From IMG/VR virus record IMGVR_UViG_3300005512_000289, positions 1 through 26,154 of that record: a DNA stretch of 26,154 nt. One strand, given 5' to 3'. Made by a program: the position numbers and the translations under genes. This stretch comes from a virus. Its lineage: Duplodnaviria; Caudoviricetes. This document shows, piece after piece, positions 19,037-26,088 of this stretch (positions are counted from its first letter, which is position 1; every line of letters begins with the position of its first letter). The notes under the pieces are model-generated. The model was not told the origin of the DNA, did no database searches, and saw only the letters and a list, made by a program, of their open reading frames with translations.

Positions 19037-19732
19037 ATGTCAATTAACACTGATTTGATTGCCGTATGGCATCTGAACGAGGAAAGCGGGACACGTTACG
19101 ATTCTGTCGGTAGCAACCACCTGACCGATAATAACACGGTGCTTTATGGCGCGGGCAAACTGGGCAACGCGGCAGACTTCGAATCATCCGCATACGAATT
19201 CCTTAGTATTGCCGACAATGCAGACCTGTCGTTTGGCGACGAAGATTTTACAATCGCGGGTTGGGTTAATTTAGAGTCAAAGCCCGCCGGGGCTGCGCTG
19301 GCCGTCGGGAAATGGGCCGCAGTCAACGGTGAATACCTGGTTTTTTTTAGTACAGTCGAGGATAGATTCAAAATTTCAGTGGATGACGGGGCCGGGCACA
19401 GAGGGTCTGTTACTGCTGATGCGCTTGGTAGCCCTAGCCTCGCCACATGGTATTTTATCGTAGCGTGGCATGACGCAACCGCGGACACGGTAAATATTCA
19501 AATAAACAATGGCACGGCAAATTCGGCGTCGTATTCGTATGGCTGCCACGATGGTTCACTAGCGTTTGAAATAGGGAACGATACCCAGAACGCGTATTTC
19601 TGGGATGGCTCAATTGACGAGGTTTGCATTTGGGGAAGGGTGCTTACCGCTGATGAAAAAACATGGCTATACAATAGTGGTGATGGTAGAGCGTACCCAT
19701 ACTTAACTCCATCGTATGGATTTATCGTTTAG
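19037..19732 (+). CDS. LamG / concanavalin A-like lectin domain protein
   Basis: WHLNE.SG, GKLGNA..F, FTIAGWV, WYFIV and GSIDEVCIWGRVLT..E...LYN motifs. Confidence 0.9.
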   Translation: MSINTDLIAVWHLNEESGTRYDSVGSNHLTDNNTVLYGAGKLGNAADFESSAYEFLSIADNADLSFGDEDFTIAGWVNLESKPAGAALAVGKWAAVNGEYLVFFSTVEDRFKISVDDGAGHRGSVTADALGSPSLATWYFIVAWHDATADTVNIQINNGTANSASYSYGCHDGSLAFEIGNDTQNAYFWDGSIDEVCIWGRVLTADEKTWLYNSGDGRAYPYLTPSYGFIV

Positions 19733-19803
19733 CGGTGAATAGAAATGGGGAGGCGTGTGTGCAGTCTGAATATATCGCCGAGGGACAGGGGGAAAACTAA
19801 ACT

Positions 19804-20442
19804 ATGACGGAAAGCGCACAAGAAATTATTGAGTTACTGATGGACGCGCCGCTGGCGCAGGTGGTCATCGTCGGCACGCTGGCAACCATCCTGTTCTCGC
19901 TGATGATCGGATGGTTCGGTGTTCGCAGCGGGCGCATGGTCGGGCAGGATATGTCAAAGGTCCTCAACCAGTTCATCGACCTGGAGCGAGACGCCAAAGT
20001 TAATCGAAACGCACTTGACGAGCGGCAGGTAAGCGCGGTTGATAAACTCGTTTATGGCATCGATGCGCTGCAAGACACTACGAAGGCGGTGCAGTACGCG
20101 CTCGAAGCCACCGGCGGCGGGCTGGATGTGTTGGGCCGCCGCGTCGAATCGCAGCACACCGAAACGCTGGCGATCCTGCAACCGTTACGGGCGGAAACAG
20201 ATGACACTACCCGCGTCGTCATTGAGCTGCGGACAATGCTGGCGCGGCTGGAAACCGGGCAGGAAACCCTGCTGGGCGTGGCGGAGGTGCTGTCCGAACG
20301 AGTCGAGCAGCAAGGCCAGGACGCGGCCCAGCTGCGCGCCACTATCGAGGCGCTATCTCAGGAAATCGACGCCTACAACCGCAGCATGGCCGACACGCTG
20401 GAGGGCGTGCGGCGTGCGCTGGCGTTGGTAGATGCAGCATAG
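19804..20442 (+). CDS. Membrane-anchored coiled-coil protein (lysis-associated?)
   Basis: One N-terminal transmembrane segment (VVIVGTLATILFSLMIGWF) followed by a long heptad region. Confidence 0.7.
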   Translation: MTESAQEIIELLMDAPLAQVVIVGTLATILFSLMIGWFGVRSGRMVGQDMSKVLNQFIDLERDAKVNRNALDERQVSAVDKLVYGIDALQDTTKAVQYALEATGGGLDVLGRRVESQHTETLAILQPLRAETDDTTRVVIELRTMLARLETGQETLLGVAEVLSERVEQQGQDAAQLRATIEALSQEIDAYNRSMADTLEGVRRALALVDAA

Positions 20443-20566
20443 ACGACGGAGTCCCGTGTCGTGCGAGGCACGCCAGGTGTCGTTTCCCCCCGCGCCTGAC
20501 GTGTCTCACACGGTGCGGGGTTTCGCGTCAGATTTCGTACTGTAAGGATGACAAGGAGGCAGGTAG

Positions 20567-20923
20567 ATGGAACAGCTCGTTGCATTGGTTGAGAAGGTCG
20601 CGGCGCTCATCAGTTCGCAGCGATTCGTGACGACCATTATTGGCGTGATCGTGATCGCGGCCCTGTTCCAGGGCGCAATCGCCGACTTTTTCGGGGTGGA
20701 ACCCTGGCAGATGCCAGACGAGGCCACACTGGAAACCCAAATCACCGGCATTGTCGGCCATGCACTGACTCTGCTCGCAGCAATCCTCAGTGTATTGAAG
20801 CTCTTCGCTGGACTCCAGCAGTCGATCTCGACGGACCCGCCGCGACTGTCTCGTGACTGGGACATCCGGTACAGCCAGGGCACCGTCAAGGGATTTGAAC
20901 CAGGTACGACCGACAAGGCATAG
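20567..20923 (+). CDS. Putative holin
   Basis: AAGGAGG RBS; 118 aa with two hydrophobic segments and a charged C-terminus; SQRFVTTI N-terminal pattern. Confidence 0.6.
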   Translation: MEQLVALVEKVAALISSQRFVTTIIGVIVIAALFQGAIADFFGVEPWQMPDEATLETQITGIVGHALTLLAAILSVLKLFAGLQQSISTDPPRLSRDWDIRYSQGTVKGFEPGTTDKA

Positions 20924-20931
20924 TACAGTAC

Positions 20932-20955
20932 GCGCCCCGGCTCAGGTCGGGGCGC
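20932..20955 (+). terminator. GC-rich stem-loop after the holin-like gene
   Basis: GCGCCCCGGC-TCAG-GTCGGGGCGC followed by ACCTTT. Confidence 0.5.
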
Positions 20956-20971
20956 ACCTTTAGGGGGTGAT

Positions 20972-21943
20972 ATGCGAACACTGATACACAACATCAACTA
21001 CGACAGCCGCGCAGACCAGTTCCGCCTGTACTACCTCACCGACCTGCATTATGGCGCGGCAGCGTGCGACGAACACGCCATCGACGACCAGATCGCAAAA
21101 ATCGCCAATGACCCTAACGCGCGATGGATTGGCGGCGGGGATTACATCGACTGCATCGCCCGCAAAGGGGATAAGCGCTACCGGGAAGCAACGCTCGCGC
21201 CGTGGCTGTGGGGGTATGACGATCCGATTGGCGCACAGCGGGACTACACGGTCGGCAAGCTCAGCCCGATCATGGACAAGTGCCTGGGGCTGGTCTGCGG
21301 CAATCACGAATACGCCGCGCTGAAGTACGGCGACCGGGACGTATACTGGGAGATTGTCACGTGGCTGGCACAGCGGGCGAAACGCGACCCGCTCGACCTG
21401 GCGCTGGGCGTACAGGGGTTTGTCGTGATGCGCTACCGACGCAACTACAACGACCGCGATTCCGGCGGCACACAGTACGGCGGCACGACCACAATCACCG
21501 CATACTGCCATCACGGGTACGGCGGCGGTCGCCTGCCCGGTGGTGATGCGCTGTCCCTGAGCCGCGCCCTGGGAGACTACGAGGCCGAACTGATCCTGAT
21601 GGGACACCGACACAAGCAGCAGGTAGTCCCAAAGGAAATCGTAAAACCGTCCAGTCACGGCGGCACGGCGAAAGTCTCGACGCGCTACGGGGTGTTCTGT
21701 GGGCATTACCTGAATTCGTATATCAGACCATCGGGGAAGGGCAGTCCGGTGGATACCTACCCGGAAGAGAAAGGGCTGCCACCTGCGCCGACCGGTACCC
21801 CAACGATAACGATCAAGCCGAGTGACAAGGCTATCGACGTGACGCTGCACATGAAAGCAGGGGACCGGGAAGTGGCGAGCAAGCGCCTGCCCAAGAGCAT
21901 GACGCCGGTCTGGATGCTGGATGACGTGAGGGATGCCGCGTGA
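20972..21943 (+). CDS. Calcineurin-like metallophosphoesterase
   Basis: All five motifs present: DLHYG, GDYID, GNHE, HHG, GHRH. Confidence 0.92.
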   Translation: MRTLIHNINYDSRADQFRLYYLTDLHYGAAACDEHAIDDQIAKIANDPNARWIGGGDYIDCIARKGDKRYREATLAPWLWGYDDPIGAQRDYTVGKLSPIMDKCLGLVCGNHEYAALKYGDRDVYWEIVTWLAQRAKRDPLDLALGVQGFVVMRYRRNYNDRDSGGTQYGGTTTITAYCHHGYGGGRLPGGDALSLSRALGDYEAELILMGHRHKQQVVPKEIVKPSSHGGTAKVSTRYGVFCGHYLNSYIRPSGKGSPVDTYPEEKGLPPAPTGTPTITIKPSDKAIDVTLHMKAGDREVASKRLPKSMTPVWMLDDVRDAA

Positions 21944-22335
21944 TGACACAAACAGAATCAACCATCTGGGCGGTGATGTTTCTGGTGCTGCTGGTGCTGC
22001 TGATTGTGATGGGAGTGCAGTCGTGCACGGTCGCGCCGGAACCAGTGACGCCTACCGGGACGGTCGCGCTGACCGCGACTGCACTGGCAACTGTTACACC
22101 CGCGCCTACGGTGACAACCCGGCCGAGTCCGACGCCGGAGGCCGCCTGCACCATCACCGCGCCGCTCAATGTGCGCAACGTGCCGTCAGTGAGCGGCGCG
22201 GTTGTGCGCACGCTGGCGTCTGGCGAGTGGGTGATCATTGATACCGGGCAGGAGCCAGTCACACGGGACGGGTATACATGGTTTGCGCTGGCTGGCGGCG
22301 GCTGGGCATCTAATCACAGGATGGTGTGCGGATGA
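21943..22335 (+). CDS. Exported/lipoprotein-like protein with Pro/Thr linker and bacterial SH3 domain
   Basis: Hydrophobic leader ending VQSC; TPTGT..TPAPT..PSPTP linker; LNVR..PS....VV..L..G ... DGYTW....GW SH3b signature. Confidence 0.82.
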   Translation: MTQTESTIWAVMFLVLLVLLIVMGVQSCTVAPEPVTPTGTVALTATALATVTPAPTVTTRPSPTPEAACTITAPLNVRNVPSVSGAVVRTLASGEWVIIDTGQEPVTRDGYTWFALAGGGWASNHRMVCG

Positions 22336-23399
22336 AACCGATAGGATTGCATATCACCTGCCGATTTTCTGGCGATGACTTCAACCAACCGCCGGGACAT
22401 GGCTTGTACCACTGGCTGGACCAGGTGCCGCCTGCCGTATGTGTCGTCAACAATGCTGGCGAGCAGGTCGCTCACCTGGCGCAGCGCTACCCGAACACGA
22501 CATGGATTTATCGCATCCACGAGCGGGCAGACGGTGCCGCAACGGACGACGATCAGCACCGGTACGAGACAGCGGCACAGACTGTAGAACGAATGCAAGC
22601 GAAAGCGCAGCGATACGGGATCAACACAAAACGGGTGTGGTTTGGCTTCAACAACGAACCGACCTGCGCCAACATCGACGGGTACGCCGCGAAGCTCGCC
22701 GACTGGCGCCTGATGGCAGCGCACGCTATCGCTGTTTACGAACTCGCAGCGGCAGCGGGCCTGCATGTCGCTGGCCCGCATTTTGGGGTTAAGTCGATCC
22801 CGATGGGGGACCCCGAAGTGTGGAATATCCTGGCTCCAGTGTTCAAGGCCGCTGTGCGACACGGGCACCTGATCGGGCTGCACCCGTACTCGCCGGGCGC
22901 GTCCGCATTCCGTGACATCGATACACCGCAGGGCACCTGGCATATCGGCGCCGAGTGGTGGTTGGAGGAGATTCGCCGCATTATGTCGATAACGCCGACT
23001 CTCCGGATGGTGCTCAGTGAGATTGGCAGCGAACCGATTGTGGGCATCCCCGGCGCGGGGACGTGGCGCGACCTGGGCCTTCCGGGTGCGGAATACGCGC
23101 GGCAACTGGCGTGGTTGTGGGATACGGTATTTGCAGAGTTCGCCGAAAACATCGTCGGCGCGTGCGTATTCAGTTGGGATAACTGGGACACAGGCAGTCG
23201 TTGGGATAACTGGGATGTACGCGAGTCGGCGGAATTCCGTGACGCACTCGCTGCCTGGCAGCCCGCCGTTGGGGCGGGGCGATTACCGATACCGCAACCA
23301 GAACCCGCGCCGGAACCGGTCGCGGCATGGTGGCGGCGCGCGCTGCTGGCGCTGGCGGCGTGGCTGCGGCGGCTGGCTGTGTCCTGTACCACCTTGTGA
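22332..23399 (+). CDS. Putative lytic enzyme, TIM-barrel glycoside hydrolase-like (clan GH-A pattern)
   Basis: IGLH, NNEP (acid/base), IGLHPY, LSEIG (nucleophile) and GACVFSW motifs; PQPEPAPEP linker and basic amphipathic C-terminal helix. Confidence 0.65.
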   Translation: MKPIGLHITCRFSGDDFNQPPGHGLYHWLDQVPPAVCVVNNAGEQVAHLAQRYPNTTWIYRIHERADGAATDDDQHRYETAAQTVERMQAKAQRYGINTKRVWFGFNNEPTCANIDGYAAKLADWRLMAAHAIAVYELAAAAGLHVAGPHFGVKSIPMGDPEVWNILAPVFKAAVRHGHLIGLHPYSPGASAFRDIDTPQGTWHIGAEWWLEEIRRIMSITPTLRMVLSEIGSEPIVGIPGAGTWRDLGLPGAEYARQLAWLWDTVFAEFAENIVGACVFSWDNWDTGSRWDNWDVRESAEFRDALAAWQPAVGAGRLPIPQPEPAPEPVAAWWRRALLALAAWLRRLAVSCTTL

Positions 23400-23428
23400 C
23401 GCTCCCCACGCCTAAAGGCGGGGGCTTC
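23396..23428 (-). other. IS200/IS605 right end hairpin and 3' end of the omegaRNA (reRNA) scaffold
   Basis: - strand GAAG-CCCCCGCCTTTAGGCGTGGGG-AGCG-TCAC; the GAAG guide and TCAC cleavage tetramer fit the IS608-type pairing rule. Confidence 0.85.
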
Positions 23429-24497
23429 TGAGCCACGCTTGCGGCAACCCGCTACGTTCTGACTCACGGACACGTCCTGCCCGTTTTAATACATTCAATG
23501 CCGCGTTGTGGTCTCGATCTAAGCTGAGACCACATTTACATTCTACCCAACGATGTGCCAGCGTGAGACCTTCAAAAATCGCACCGCAGTTTGAGCAGGA
23601 TTTAGATGTGTACGCAGGGTCTACAAGCACCACTTCTCGACCAGCATCTGCCGCTTTGTCGAATAGTCGCTGCTTGAAGTATCCCCACCCCGCATCCAAA
23701 ATGCTCTTGCTGAGGTGACGGTTTTTCACCATGTTCTTGATTTTCAGGTCTTCGATGACGATCACATCGTAGGTGTGAATGAGTTCATATACCAGTTTAT
23801 TGAAGAAATCTTTGCGCTGGTTCTTGACGTGTTCATGCTGACGCTGTACATCAAGCAATTTCTTCTTGCGCTGATTACTACCTTTTTGTGCGCGTTGCAG
23901 CTTGCGCTGCTTGCGCTTGAGTTCCGCCTGTGCTTCTCGATACCAGCGAGGATTGTGGACCTGTTCCCCTTCGCTGGTGGTGATGAGTGCGTTAATACCC
24001 ATATCAATACCGACAACACACCCTGTTTTGGGTAGCGGTACAGGGTCAGGTACTTCACACATTAGGCTGACATACCAACACCCTGCCTTACGAATAATGC
24101 GGCAGGTCTTGATTTCGCCCTGATAGGGTCTGTGCCAGCGAACTTTAATGCGCCCCAAGCCCGACACTTTCAAGCGGCGACCATCGACTTTGAAGCCGTT
24201 GCCGTATTGCTTAAACCCAATGCTATGCCAACGTTTGTAGCTCTTGAAGCGCGGGTATCCGGGTTCTTCGCCTGCTTTCACGCGCCGAAAGAAGGCTTGA
24301 TACGCTTTGTCTAAGTCTTCAATGACAACCTGCAACACATGGCTATGAACTGTTTTTGACTGTGGGAAAGTCTTTTTATACTGCTTTGCCAGCAGATACC
24401 CTTCGCGTTTGCCGACTTTTTTCCCTTCCAATTCCCACGCCAGCTTGCGTTCTTCCAGTGCCATATTGTAGACATGGCGTGACACATCCAACTGCAA
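23412..24497 (-). CDS. tnpB: RNA-guided endonuclease TnpB, apparently missing its extreme N-terminus
   Basis: GYPRFK, GIDMG (RuvC-I D), IEDL (RuvC-II E), TSKSCSNCG..CKCG Zn finger, DRDHNAALN (RuvC-III D); in-frame stop 15 codons upstream of the TTG start. Confidence 0.95.
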   Translation of the reverse strand: MQLDVSRHVYNMALEERKLAWELEGKKVGKREGYLLAKQYKKTFPQSKTVHSHVLQVVIEDLDKAYQAFFRRVKAGEEPGYPRFKSYKRWHSIGFKQYGNGFKVDGRRLKVSGLGRIKVRWHRPYQGEIKTCRIIRKAGCWYVSLMCEVPDPVPLPKTGCVVGIDMGINALITTSEGEQVHNPRWYREAQAELKRKQRKLQRAQKGSNQRKKKLLDVQRQHEHVKNQRKDFFNKLVYELIHTYDVIVIEDLKIKNMVKNRHLSKSILDAGWGYFKQRLFDKAADAGREVVLVDPAYTSKSCSNCGAIFEGLTLAHRWVECKCGLSLDRDHNAALNVLKRAGRVRESERSGLPQAWLRSPRL

Positions 24498-24545
24498 TTG
24501 CAGAGCTTCCTTTCTTCGCTCATTCTTGACTCGTCTCCCTCATCC

Positions 24546-24574
24546 ATGCTACACTGTCTACATATACCCGTCAA
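24546..24574 (-). promoter_or_regulatory. Sigma70-type promoter facing tnpB
   Basis: TTGACG-17 nt-TAGCAT on the - strand. Confidence 0.55.
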
Positions 24575-24620
24575 GCCTCTACCCATCCGGGCACGCTCAA
24601 ATGTGGCGGGTTTTGCTCAC

Positions 24621-24652
24621 AAAAAAAGCCCCCAACCGTCGAGGGCTTTTTT
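24621..24652. terminator. Bidirectional intrinsic terminator (or IS left-end hairpin)
   Basis: AAAAAAGCCC...GGGCTTTTTT inverted repeat with U tracts on both strands. Confidence 0.7.
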
Positions 24653-24787
24653 GATTCCGGGAAGGCGTCTAAAACAGGCGTTCTGCACGATCATGAGTGA
24701 TTACACCTGATCGCATCCTATCGCCCCGGAAAGTGGCCGTTAACGAAGATAACGGGGTACTTGGCAGGTGGTAGTGACAATGACATC

Positions 24788-24811
24788 GGGGCGACTCGCA
24801 CGAGTCGCCCC
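24788..24811. terminator. Perfect GC-rich hairpin between convergent transcription units
   Basis: GGGGCGACTCG-CA-CGAGTCGCCCC. Confidence 0.6.
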
Positions 24812-24892
24812 TGTTGCTAGATCATTCTGCGTCTATGGTGTTTTTGAGCCAGTAGTCAAGCAGCGTGATATACATGCCTGGCTTGTTTCACG

Positions 24893-25213
24893 CTACCAAA
24901 GCGCCCGCCACCTGTCATAGGACAGGCCCTCGACGTACCCCAGATCATGGGCTTCAACCGGCCACGCTCCGGCCAGCCGTGCCATGGTCTCAAATTCATG
25001 CGCCTGCCAGTCGGTGAGGTACTCGTCAAACGGATTATCATCCCCGTCGTCTGGTCCATCACCGCGCAGCTTACGCGCCACTGCCTGCGGGATGTCGTCA
25101 GCCCACGCCCGCCACAGCTCCTGATGTGGCGTGTAACAATGGCTTGCGTACTCGCTGCACATTTCTCCCAGCGCTTGCAGGATCATGTCGCGTGTTTCGT
25201 CTGATAGCCGCAT
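24893..25213 (-). CDS. Hypothetical acidic protein (106 aa)
   Basis: AGAGGGGG RBS; same orientation as the upstream HTH gene. Confidence 0.7.
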   Translation of the reverse strand: MRLSDETRDMILQALGEMCSEYASHCYTPHQELWRAWADDIPQAVARKLRGDGPDDGDDNPFDEYLTDWQAHEFETMARLAGAWPVEAHDLGYVEGLSYDRWRALW

Positions 25214-25285
25214 AAAATCGCCCCCTCTAACACTTACTTCGTATTCAACGCTTTATACGCTGCTACCATTCACTGAATAACTCGC

Positions 25286-25642
25286 TCAATACGTTTCCTC
25301 ACGCACAGCCCGACTGATGGTTGCCTGGCTAACGCCGTACTGCTGAGCCAGCTCTGCCTGCGACAACCATCCCGCCCCGCGATGTGGCAGTGCATAGACG
25401 CGCCGAATCTCTGCGACCTGCTCACTGGTCAAGCTGGCGGCGTGGTGATCCTCACCGCTGTGCCACCGGTCGCCCGTGCCCTGCTCCGCCTGCTGTGGCT
25501 GCTCGTCAGCGGCGAAAGCGCGCAGCGCGTCGCCCTCATCGACGCGCACAAATTCGCCCGTCACGGCGTCGAGCACATGCCCGGCCTGGTTGACGATCTC
25601 TGTCCGGGCCGAGCCAGCCACAAAACGAAACTCGTCGTCCAT
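25286..25642 (-). CDS. HTH DNA-binding protein resembling the C-terminal domain of phage HNH endonucleases, with no nuclease domain
   Basis: GEDHHAASLTSEQVAEIR...SQAELAQQYGVSQATISRAV..TY; GAGGA RBS; no HNH motif. Confidence 0.75.
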   Translation of the reverse strand: MDDEFRFVAGSARTEIVNQAGHVLDAVTGEFVRVDEGDALRAFAADEQPQQAEQGTGDRWHSGEDHHAASLTSEQVAEIRRVYALPHRGAGWLSQAELAQQYGVSQATISRAVREETY

Positions 25643-25676
25643 CGATCCTCGGATTCCTCATGACCATTACTGCTCA

Positions 25677-25706
25677 ATTATTTTCCGGCCCCGGACGACC
25701 TGTCAA
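25677..25706 (-). promoter_or_regulatory. Candidate sigma70 promoter for the HTH gene
   Basis: TTGACA-18 nt-AATAAT on the - strand. Confidence 0.45.
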
Positions 25707-25743
25707 AGTTCGACTTTTTGCGCCCCCTCACTTTTGGAAGTTT

Positions 25744-25886
25744 GGTCTCAAAATGATACCTATTTGGTGTCAATCTGAGACCAAACTATTGGTATCAATT
25801 TGATACTTATTTGGTGTCAACGTTGACACCTACTTTTAAAAGATTAGTGTCACCTGTGATACTTATTTGGTGTCACCTGTGATACC
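25744..25886. repeat. Array of six palindromes GGTNTCA-N3/4-TGANACY (iteron/operator-like)
   Basis: Units at 25744, 25766, 25791, 25813, 25846 (begins AGT) and 25869; paired through TATTT linkers. Confidence 0.9.
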
Positions 25887-25890
25887 TGAT

Positions 25891-25935
25891 CCACCAATAA
25901 CCACCAGATTCTTTTTAACCACCAAAGAACCACCA
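25891..25935 (+). repeat. Four CCACCA repeats separated by AT-rich spacers
   Basis: CCACCA at 25891, 25901, 25919 and 25930. Confidence 0.75.
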
Positions 25936-26088
25936 TATAAGAGCGCACACCATTTCAAACGCCGGGGATCGCAATCTCTCGTTTTGGGGCGTGCCATCGA
26001 CGATAGTGACGGCGGCAAAATATCCGAACCAGACTATAACCACGAGGTATTGCGGCTAAAATCAAATCGTCGTATGATTTTCAGGTGT

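Larger units (their letters stand above)
23396..24668 (-). mobile_element. Non-autonomous IS200/IS605-family element (tnpB only); left end uncertain
   Basis: tnpB plus a canonical right end; no tnpA ORF; left boundary tentatively placed next to TTAG (- strand, 24669-24672). Confidence 0.7.

Noticed and set aside
18027-19732. Possible diversity-generating retroelement TR/VR pair
   Set aside because: The duplication is tandem and in-frame, mismatches are not adenine-specific, and no reverse transcriptase is present
19804-22335. Classical Rz/Rz1 spanin pair
   Set aside because: The two genes are neither adjacent nor nested, the lipobox is non-canonical, and the second protein carries an SH3 domain
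20960-23473. Long - strand ORFs (333, 263 and 245 aa)
   Set aside because: Shadows of motif-supported + strand genes in high-GC sequence
23412-24497. Nuclease-dead TnpB (TldR-like) or Cas12f
   Set aside because: All three RuvC acidic residues are present, there is an IS right end, and there is no CRISPR array
24788-24811. REP element associated with a RAYT transposase
   Set aside because: Single copy, no GTAG foot and no RAYT gene; a terminator is the simpler explanation
24822-24875. 17-aa - strand mini-ORF MYITLLDYWLKNTIDAE
   Set aside because: Weak RBS and no other support
25476-25778. 100-aa + strand ORF running into the array
   Set aside because: Antisense to the better-supported HTH gene; no RBS and no initiator-like domain
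25744-25886. Possible CRISPR mini-array
   Set aside because: Units are degenerate and separated by only 5-15 nt; no unique spacers and no cas genes
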